Shown in pieces: positions 46,801-54,500 of a stretch of 64,000 bases of DNA. This DNA is from Archangium sp. (GTDB lineage: Bacteria; Myxococcota; Myxococcia; Myxococcales; Myxococcaceae). A model generated the notes under the pieces. It saw only the letters and a program-made list of their open reading frames with translations. It was not told where the DNA came from and did not search any database. The translations under genes were made by a program, and so were the position numbers. The first letter of the stretch is position 1. Each line of letters opens with the position of its first letter. The stretch covers positions 1-64,000 of the forward strand of contig JANLPS010000176.1 of NCBI GenBank assembly GCA_031367385.1, given 5' to 3'.

Positions 46801-48272
46801 TGCACACGTGAGCGGCCGCGGCTGGTGCTCACGCCTTCTGAGACCATCGTGAGCACACTCTCGAACTCTTCGAAGGTGAGCCCGGCGTACGGCATCGCTC
46901 GACGAAAGGTCTCGAAGAGCTCCTCCTCGTCCCAATCTTGCGCGGCGACCTCGGCGACGACTTGCTGGGCCAGCACATCGAGCGGCTTCGATGGCAAGCG
47001 CACCGCATCGAGCTCATGCTCGTGAATCGCTCGCAACAATGCCGTGCATTCGACCAGCTCGTCGCGGGTCAGTGCGATCAAAATACCCTTCGAGATGAGT
47101 GACTTGTGATGACCCGAGCGGCCCAGGCGCTGCAGCATCACCGCGATTGATCTCGGCGTGCCGAGCTGAACCACCAGATCAATCGAACCGATGTCGATGC
47201 CCAACTCGAGCGAGGCGGTGGCGACCATCACCTTGAGCGTGCCGGCCTTGAGCCGGTCTTCAGCGGCGAGACGAAGCTCCCGTGACATGCTGCCATGGTG
47301 CGCGGCGACGAATTCGTGGCCGATGCGCTCTCCGATGTCACGGGCGACGCGCTCGGCGAGCCGCCGGGTATTGGTGAAGATCAGCGTGGTGCGGTGCTGC
47401 GTGGCCAGCTGGCACAACCGGTCGTACACCTGCCCCCACATCTCGTGGGTCGCGACCGCGGTGAGCTCTTCGTCGGGCGTCTCGAGGGTCAGCTCCCACG
47501 GGCGGAGGTGGCCGATCTGCACGACCTCGCAGGGCGGGCGGGCGTCTTTCGAAGTGCCAGTCAGGTAGCTCGCGAGCAGGTCGAGTGGCTTGGTGGTAGC
47601 CGAGAGCCCGATGCACTGAGGGGCCTTGCCGGTGAGGGCCTTGAGGCGCTCCATCGTGAGCGCGAAGTGCGAGCCGCGTTTGTCGCGGGCCAGCGCGTGA
47701 ATCTCGTCGACGATGACGGTGGTGACGTTCTTGAGCGTGGCGCGCGACTTGTCGGCGGTGAGGTAGAGGTAGAGCGATTCGGGCGTGGTGATCAGAATGT
47801 GCGGCGGCTTCTTCACCATCGCGGCGCGCTCTGAGGCCGGGGTGTCTCCGGTGCGAACCATCACTCGAATGTCAGGCAGCTCGAGGCCGGAGGCGCGCGC
47901 GCGGGCACGGAGCTGATCAAGTGGCGTGAGCAAATTCTTCTGCACGTCATTGCTCAACGCCTTGAGCGGAGAAACGTAGAGCACGCGCGTCTCATCGCTC
48001 AGCGCCCCGTCGGCGGCCTGGCGAAAGAGCTCGTCGAGGCAGGCGAGAAAGGCGGTGAGCGTCTTGCCCGACCCGGTCGGCGCGGCGATCAACACGTGAC
48101 GGCCTTCGCGAATCAGCGGCCAGCCACGAATCTGCGGCTCGGTGGGTTCTCCGAGCGTCTCGTGAAACCAGGCGCGAACGACCGGGTGAAATGAAGCCAG
48201 CGCGTCGTGAACGGCGATGGCGGCGTCGGCGGTGAAGTCGAGACCCAGCTGAGGGCGAGCGGGCGCGTTCAT
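43809..48272 (-). CDS. lhr: Lhr-family SF2 DEAD/DEAH helicase
   Basis: APTGSGKT, VSPLKAL.ND, TTPESL, DEIH, LSAT, ASLELGIDIG, QRLGRSGH, HSPFG.RINRAWGL, C-terminal RLEARGEIRGGRF..GF.GEQFA. Confidence 0.93.
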   Translation of the reverse strand: MNAPARPQLGLDFTADAAIAVHDALASFHPVVRAWFHETLGEPTEPQIRGWPLIREGRHVLIAAPTGSGKTLTAFLACLDELFRQAADGALSDETRVLYVSPLKALSNDVQKNLLTPLDQLRARARASGLELPDIRVMVRTGDTPASERAAMVKKPPHILITTPESLYLYLTADKSRATLKNVTTVIVDEIHALARDKRGSHFALTMERLKALTGKAPQCIGLSATTKPLDLLASYLTGTSKDARPPCEVVQIGHLRPWELTLETPDEELTAVATHEMWGQVYDRLCQLATQHRTTLIFTNTRRLAERVARDIGERIGHEFVAAHHGSMSRELRLAAEDRLKAGTLKVMVATASLELGIDIGSIDLVVQLGTPRSIAVMLQRLGRSGHHKSLISKGILIALTRDELVECTALLRAIHEHELDAVRLPSKPLDVLAQQVVAEVAAQDWDEEELFETFRRAMPYAGLTFEEFESVLTMVSEGVSTSRGRSRVHVHRDRVNGWLKARKGARLMALQNGGAIPDVFSYRVIAEPEEKQVGTVDEDFAIDSMPGQVFVLGSTAWKIRRIFDGDLRVESANGQPPSIPFWNGEAPARTDELSSAVAKLREDVIRHDAPTTWLEQAFKLSPFAADLLVRYVRAGHAALTAVPTQQTLVAERFFDEAGGMQLIIHSPFGARINRAWGLALRKSFCRAFDFELQAAASDDGILLSLGEQHSFPLIDIFDFVSPNTAAHVLDQAVLQAPMFGTRFRWAPGRALVLSRQQNGKRVPPPIQRARAEDLIGAVFPEQIGCQDNHGGKEIEPPDHPLINETMKDCTHDLMDIDGLIAVLKAMKAGSIRKVAVDLPEPSVFAHAMLNSAPYTFLDDAPLEERRARAVNVRRTIPATQANDLGALDASAIDQVVEEAKMVIRDVEELHDAMLQVGLLPLPSLPFEASWLESLQAQNRAAVLCVEGRQWAYAAERVPLVRALFPEVVTALEPLPGDVPVERESAARTVVRGWVETAGPCTVPELMQFLGLGRFDVEGALFKLESVGQVLRGQFRALPAPSEGERELEWCDRRLLQRIHRLTVGRLRREIEPLSAQDFMRFLFRWHRMGSARELRGPGGLAKVISMLQGYEAPAAAWEQAIFPARMKQYVGEWLEHACFGGEVAWGRLTLREPKPAPGPRRGVEVTQPSRQPDGVAGGQRVTGAQRVVGTENATDPAGAASAEGMAARGDSGLQGPSSPSVRTVGVSRNASLTFARRADLDWLLQAARPDEMLADGPRPWPESLSAHAREVLQVLERRGASFFAELQTSARRLPTEVEDALWELLAHGLVTADAVQNLRVLQSPKLRKRQRATQRGGPGRWSLLQSVERCEPTELDEKRAWLLLNRYGIVFRDLVVREPLCPPWRELLFLYRRLEARGEIRGGRFLSGFAGEQFALPDAVDLARSTRRLEKKGEVIDISAADPLNLTGLVTPGPRVPAVMGTILSYVDGIPTVRAATAETEPLVN

Positions 48273-48283
48273 GGCGCGGCGAT

Positions 48284-48300
48284 GCTGAACAGAAGTTCAC
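48284..48300 (-). promoter_or_regulatory. Putative LexA (SOS) box upstream of lhr
   Basis: Minus strand GTGAACTTCTGTTCAGC matches the M. xanthus consensus CTRHAMRYBYGTTCAGS at 15/17; lies between TTGATC (-35-like) and CAGCAT (-10-like). Confidence 0.75.
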
Positions 48301-48389
48301 TGAATGATCAATCGTGGAGTGGCATTGACTGATTTCAGGTCACACGAGAACGCTGAGCCTTTTGGGGCGAGCAGGGCTTCTGAACAACG

Positions 48390-49151
48390 ATGCGAAATTG
48401 CTCACTCGCGACGCTGATGGTGCTGCACGCGGTCGCCTGCGCGCCGGGCGAGGTCGGCCCGAAGGGAGATGCCGGCACCGCTTTCGACGCTGGGCTGGTC
48501 GTCGCGATGGATGCGGGCGTGGATGCGGGCGCCGCGCACGACGCCGGCAGGGGCACCCCACCCGACTCAGGTTTGACGGACGCTGGTATTCTGGACTCGG
48601 GCATCGTCGCTCCCGACACAGGCACTCCCGACGCGGGCGTGATTCGCATTGCGTGGAACGGCGATTCAGTCACCGGCGGCGCCGGCTGGGCCGCCCCGTC
48701 GGGCAACCCGATCGCGGTGCAGTCACAGATATCGAACAGCGGTTCAGCCCTCTTCTGGGACGTGTTGGCCCGCGCCGAGCCTTGGTCGGAGTGGGGATGG
48801 AATTGGAAGGCTTGGCAGACACCTGGCACCGACGTGTCGACGGCCACGACCTTCTCGTTTGTGTTGCGACTTTCGGGCACCAATCGGCCCCACGACCTGG
48901 TGGTGAGCCTGCGCTCGGCGATCAACCAGAAGTACGCGCACCAACCGCCCTCAGCGGGAGGTCTTCGGGGCGTCAACGTGCGCACGTACGACCCTGACTT
49001 CGCAGATGGCGACTGGCACGTCATCGTAGTGCCGATGGCTGACATGCTCTCAGAAGACAACGCGACCGACTTTCGCGAGGTTTACGAAATCTTCATCGGC
49101 GCGGGCGGGAGCGACTACCAGCTGTACCTCGATGATCTCTCATTTCGTTGA
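48390..49151 (+). CDS. Lipoprotein with a DAG-rich linker and a putative galactose-binding-like/CBM domain
   Basis: Lipobox AVAC; Trp-rich domain with WH.I.VP..D and C-terminal LYLDDLSF. Confidence 0.65.
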   Translation: MRNCSLATLMVLHAVACAPGEVGPKGDAGTAFDAGLVVAMDAGVDAGAAHDAGRGTPPDSGLTDAGILDSGIVAPDTGTPDAGVIRIAWNGDSVTGGAGWAAPSGNPIAVQSQISNSGSALFWDVLARAEPWSEWGWNWKAWQTPGTDVSTATTFSFVLRLSGTNRPHDLVVSLRSAINQKYAHQPPSAGGLRGVNVRTYDPDFADGDWHVIVVPMADMLSEDNATDFREVYEIFIGAGGSDYQLYLDDLSFR

Positions 49152-49163
49152 CGGTTCATGCTG

Positions 49164-49248
49164 AGGGACTCGAAGCACCAATGGTTGGCTCGGGCCAGGC
49201 GAGCTCGTGGGGCCTGGGCTCGCAGAATGTCAGGTCCTTCGAGTCCCT
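49164..49248. repeat. Long stem-loop between convergent genes
   Basis: 12-bp arms agggactcgaag / cttcgagtccct with inner ccaggc/gcctgg. Confidence 0.6.
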
Positions 49249-49266
49249 GCGGATGGGCGGGGGGGC

Positions 49267-51576
49267 CTATTCTGACCAGCGAATCGTCACGCTGACCTGC
49301 GAAGTGTTGCCGCGGTCATCGACGGCACGAAGCTGATACCGACCCGACGGAGCGCTCCAATCGAGCGACTGCCCCGGGGCAACCGAGCCGATCATCTCGT
49401 TGCCGGCGAACCAAGTCAGCAACCGGGCCGCGCCGTCTGCGTGCGCGAGCAACGGCACATGCGACTGACTCGGAGAGCCTCGGCGCAGTTGATACGTCAC
49501 CGACTGCTGCGGTGACAAAATGCGCGGCACCCGCGACACATCGGTCAACGACTCGTCGTTCTCGCACGCCTCGAGCTCAGCAGCAGGCACGGTGCGTCGC
49601 GCGAAGCCGGCCCTTGCGTACAGCGCCGCCACGTCGCTCGGCCAGAACTCGTACACCTCATCGCGCGTCACCCCTGAGACAGCAGAACAGCGCCGCAACC
49701 CTGAATGTTGATCAACGTGTACGACTCGATGCACATCGCACACATCAATCGGGCTCCTGCCCGCGATGACCTTGGTGCGCACCAGGTGATTGCAAAACGG
49801 CCCCGGCCTTTTGCCCGATACCGCGCACACCTGAGTCTCGACCAGGTCAACCCGCGGCACGGTGCGATGACCCTTCGCCGACTGCACCCGCTCACGCAAC
49901 GCCCCGACGATGTCGAAGAACAAGGGCCCCGCGGCGGTGCGCCCGACGAACGAATGATTCGGCTCGCCGTCGAAGTTGCCGACCCACACCGCGAGCGCAT
50001 ATCGGCCCACCACCCCGACCGTCCACGCGTCACGAAAGGCGTGCGAAGTGCCCGTCTTCCACGCCACTGACACGGCGTCGCGGGTGGTCGCCCACTGCTC
50101 GAGGCTGGCGTCGTCGTTGGTGAGCATCTCCAGCGTCAGCTCGGCGGCCTCGGGGCTGACGATGCGGCGCGGCTCACCGCGTGGGTCCGACATCTCTCTG
50201 CGAAGCGCAGACCACTGCCCGCCATGTGCGAGAGCGACGTAGAGCTGGGTCAGCTCCTCCATCGTGAGCTCGACGCCTCCGAGCACGATGCCGGCGCCGT
50301 AGAAATCGGCCGGTTGCAGGCCCTTGACTTCGACGTCTCGAAGCACGTCGTGCAGCCCATGCGTCAACCGCAGATTGAGCTCGACCGCCGGCACGTTACG
50401 GCTTCGAGTGAGCGCCTCGGTCGCCGAGAGCGGGCCCAAGTACTGATTGTCGAAGTTCTCGGGGTTGTAGCTGCCGAAGCGCATGGGCACGTCTTTGAGC
50501 ACGGTCAGCGGGTGAATCAGCCCCTCGTCGAGCGCGCGCGCATACACGATGGGCTTGAGCGCCGAGCCGGGCGACCGCGGAGACGAAGCACCATCGACCT
50601 GCCCCGAGATGGCCGAGTCGAAGAAATCGGCCGACCCGACGTGCGCCAACACTTCGGAGGTCTCGACGTCGACCAGCAGCACCGCCGTGTTGGTGATGCC
50701 CGCGCTCTCACGACGAGCCACATACCGCTTCACCAGCCGCTCGAGCTGCGACTGCAGCGCCTGATCAATCGTCAGCGTCAAGGCCTGCCCAGGCCTCGAG
50801 CCCAGCGCTCTCGCCACCGCATGAGGCGCCAGAAACGGCAATTGTTTCGCGGTGAAGAGGGTCAGGGGCGAATCGAGGGCGAGCGAGTCGGGCTTCATTT
50901 CGGGGTGCTCCCGCATCGAAATCGCCGCGAGCTTGAGCCTCGCCACGCGAAGCGCGTCAGGCTCGATGCCTTCATCAGGCGTTCGTCTCGTCGGGCTCTG
51001 CGGCATCACCGCCAGCGCCATCGCCTCGGGCAGCGCCAGGCTCTTCGGCGCCTTGTGAAAGTACACCAGGCTGGCCGCGCCGACCCCCTCGACATTGCCG
51101 CCATAGGGCGCGAGGTTCAAATAGGCCTCGAGAATGTCGTGCTTCGAATAGAGCCACTCGAGCTGAAGCGCGTGCCCGATTTGCAGCAGCTTGCCGCTCA
51201 CCGAGCGCGACTCCATGCCCCAGCGCAGGCGCGCCAGCTGCATGGTGATGGTCGAGCCGCCTCGCCGGCCCTCCTGGCTCACGTAGGTGTGCGCGAAGGC
51301 CTTGATCAACGCGACCGGGTTCACGCCCAGGTGCCGGTAGAAATGCTTGTCTTCGTAGTCGAGCGTGGCGGTGATCAGCTGCGGCGACATCTCCTCGAGC
51401 GGGGTCATCACCCGGTACGTCTGCGTCGGTGACAAGGTCAACCGCAGCAGCATGCCATTGCGGTCGTACACCGCCCGGCTGAAGCGCTCACTGACCAACA
51501 GCGGCTCACGCACCATTCGCGCGGCCACCGTCAGGCCGATACCAAGCGCGCAGAGTATCAGCAGCCGGCGTTTCAT
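49267..51576 (-). CDS. pbpC: Penicillin-binding protein 1C
   Basis: EDKHFY.H.GVNP, GGSTITMQLARL, SALK, SRN, KTG; C-terminal PBP1C domain; follows the alpha-2-macroglobulin gene. Confidence 0.95.
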   Translation of the reverse strand: MKRRLLILCALGIGLTVAARMVREPLLVSERFSRAVYDRNGMLLRLTLSPTQTYRVMTPLEEMSPQLITATLDYEDKHFYRHLGVNPVALIKAFAHTYVSQEGRRGGSTITMQLARLRWGMESRSVSGKLLQIGHALQLEWLYSKHDILEAYLNLAPYGGNVEGVGAASLVYFHKAPKSLALPEAMALAVMPQSPTRRTPDEGIEPDALRVARLKLAAISMREHPEMKPDSLALDSPLTLFTAKQLPFLAPHAVARALGSRPGQALTLTIDQALQSQLERLVKRYVARRESAGITNTAVLLVDVETSEVLAHVGSADFFDSAISGQVDGASSPRSPGSALKPIVYARALDEGLIHPLTVLKDVPMRFGSYNPENFDNQYLGPLSATEALTRSRNVPAVELNLRLTHGLHDVLRDVEVKGLQPADFYGAGIVLGGVELTMEELTQLYVALAHGGQWSALRREMSDPRGEPRRIVSPEAAELTLEMLTNDDASLEQWATTRDAVSVAWKTGTSHAFRDAWTVGVVGRYALAVWVGNFDGEPNHSFVGRTAAGPLFFDIVGALRERVQSAKGHRTVPRVDLVETQVCAVSGKRPGPFCNHLVRTKVIAGRSPIDVCDVHRVVHVDQHSGLRRCSAVSGVTRDEVYEFWPSDVAALYARAGFARRTVPAAELEACENDESLTDVSRVPRILSPQQSVTYQLRRGSPSQSHVPLLAHADGAARLLTWFAGNEMIGSVAPGQSLDWSAPSGRYQLRAVDDRGNTSQVSVTIRWSE

Positions 51577-51584
51577 ATTCGCGC

Positions 51585-54500
51585 TTACTGCACGACCAAC
51601 GAGCCACCGGTCGAGCGACCACGAATGTCAGGCCGGTACATGCCAACCGCCTGCGCCGGAGGCACCACGAAGGTGCCCTTCGCGACGGCCTTGATCTTGT
51701 ACTTAATCTCCTGCACGGCGTTGGTGACGGTGCCGTAGAAGTTCACCCGATCTTCTCGAATGTCGAGAGAGTCTGGCTGCCAGGTCGACCCGCCGCTGGT
51801 GAGCCGCGCCAGGCCTTGCAAATCAGTGCCCCGGTTCTGAACGACCTCGAAGCCCGAGGGCAGCAGATCAACCAACGCCACGTTCGGCACCTGTGAATAC
51901 TTGTCGAGCGTGCGCACCCGCAGGCGAACGGTAATCTCGTCTCCCAGGCCCACGGTGGTGATGGTCTTGCCCGCGGCGTCTTCGAAGGTGTGCATCACCT
52001 CGACGCCCTCGTTGATCGAGGTGGTCGGCACCGCCTTGTCGAAGCCGCTCTCGACGACGCTGAAGAAGAGCAACACGCCCTCTGGCGCGGTGACCTTGAA
52101 GCCCGTCGCCGCGGAGGTAAAGGCGACTTTCGCAGTGAGCGAGCCGTTCACTTCTTGCTCTTTGAATGCGCCAGCCGCGTCTTTCACCTCGACGCGAACG
52201 CCCTTGAGGCCCGCGACCTTGTCTTGCATTGCGGTCGAGTACGCATCGAGCGCATACAGCGACCACGACGCGCCGAGGCTGTGCAGCCCGCTCGAGGTCA
52301 TCGTACGACCCAGGTTGCTCAACGCCTTCGGGCCCACCGCCTCGAGCCGCTCGGGGAAGTGCTTGGAGATCAAGTAGAGCACCTGCGCCTGGTACACCGT
52401 GTTGTCGAAAGCGCCGTTGGTCTCGGGCACAACATCGTCACTGAGCGAGAACTTCTTGATCAGCTCCTGGGCACGTTGCGGGTTGTTGGTCAGCTGGTAC
52501 GTCGCCGCCAGGTAAGCGAAGGCCACGTCATTCAACGCGAGGCCCTGCTGACGACCCAAGAACTCAGCCAGCTGCGCGGTCGGGGCGGGAGAGACGACCG
52601 CGTTTCTCGCCAGCACGTACAGCGTCTGCGCCCGCAGGCGAGCCCGGGCCATGTCGTCGACGGGCAGTTGATCTTGCTTCAAGTTGCCGATCGCTTTGAG
52701 GCGCACGTCATTGGGCGAGGCGACGCCACGCTCCTTGGCCTCGGTCAGCATCAGGGTGATGAACACATCGAGTGTCGGGTAGACGAAGCTGTTCGCCGCC
52801 CAATACCCGAACTGGCCCTGATCATTCTGCCGCGCACGCAGCACGTTGAACGCCATGTCGAATGAGGCCTTGGCCGCAACGGGGTTCAAGCCCCACTCCG
52901 GGCGCTTCATCAGCACGAGCCCGGGCACCGCGCGGCTGGTCAGCTGCTCCGAGCACAAGTGCGGGTACGAGCCCAGGTACTCGAGCAAGCCCGCCGACAA
53001 CCCCATCGGCAGCAGTGACACCGTCAATCGCCGCGTCGCGAACTGGTCGTACATCGTGCGCTTGGTGGCGAACTCCGCGGTGCTGCCCTTGACCGTGCCG
53101 GTCGCGGAGCTCACCAGATACGCAGACGACGGTCGAACGCTCACGTGCGCGGTTCGAGTCACTTCTTGCTTGGCGCCGCTCACCTGAAACTGCAGCTCTC
53201 CATCGCCCAGCGCCTCGGTGGCCTTCACATCGAATGACACCACGCCCTCACGCCGCTCGGCGATGATCAGCGTCTGCGTGGCCTGAACACCAGCCGCCAG
53301 CGCGAACGCCGAGCTCGGCTTCATCGTCACAGTCACGCTCGTCTTGTCACCCGAGCCCTCGACGTTGTTGGCGATGGCCGCGGTCACCACGAAGGTGTCA
53401 CCCGGGCTCACGAAGGTCGGCGTGTTGGGGCTGATCACGAAGGGCCCGCGCACGGTGGTGCTCGAGCTCGTCGCCGCGAGCGCCTCGGCCGAGGCAGCGA
53501 CCGCCATCACCCGCAGCGAGCCATTGAACGACTCCGGCACCACGAAGCTGACCGATTTCTCATCGGGGCCCGCGTCGACGATGCCCGACCAGAACACCGC
53601 TGGCGCATCGGTCTTTCGCTTGAACGGGTTCAAGTTGCGAGCCAACGCCCCATCGCTGTCGCCACCCTCTTTGCCTCCGTGCACGAGCCGAAATTCAGGC
53701 AACAGCAGGTCGACGATTTGCCGAGTGGTCACCTCGAGGGCCCGCTTTTCCAAGAAGAACCCCAGCGGGTCAGGCGTCTGGTACCGCGCGACCTGCAAGA
53801 TGCCCTCGTCGACCGCGAAGAGCACCAACTTCGAGGGGCGATCGGTCTTGTACTTGATGGTCATCGGGCGACCCGGGCGGGTCAGCTCGGGCGCAGTCAC
53901 CGTCAGCTGCAGGTGTTGCGATTTCTTGAGCACCTTGAAGGGCACCACGCCGTACGAGAGTGGGCTCACGTAGAGCTCCGGCGAGTCGATGGCGCGCACG
54001 AACGAGACGTTGACGTACCCGTTCACCTCGAGGCCGGCAGGCACCTCGATGGTCTGCACCGTCGACGACGTGGTGGTCTTGAACGGCTTGTGAACGAAGA
54101 CCTTGTCACGCTCGACGGTGATCACCCCGGCGCCCGCATACGGAGCGGTGATCTGCACCGTCATCGTCTCGCCCGGCTCGTATTCGGCCTTGTCGAGCGA
54201 GACCTTGAGCTCGGCGTTCTTCTCGAGCTCCTTCGCGACGTTCGCTTCGCCCGCGATGGTGAACCCGACTCGAAGGAGCTCGACGTCTTCGATGTCACGC
54301 ACCGACCAGTAGAACGTACCCACATCGGCGCTGGGCACCTTCATCGTCGTACCCGCCTCGCTCACCACGAACGAATCACTTTTTCGGGTCACGTCTTTGA
54401 GCACCGACTGATACCGGTACGAGCCGTTCGACTCGCGGGTGAGCACCGAGACGTAGCGCTGCTCGACGAGCACCAACTTCAACTTCTCGACCTTGAGCTG

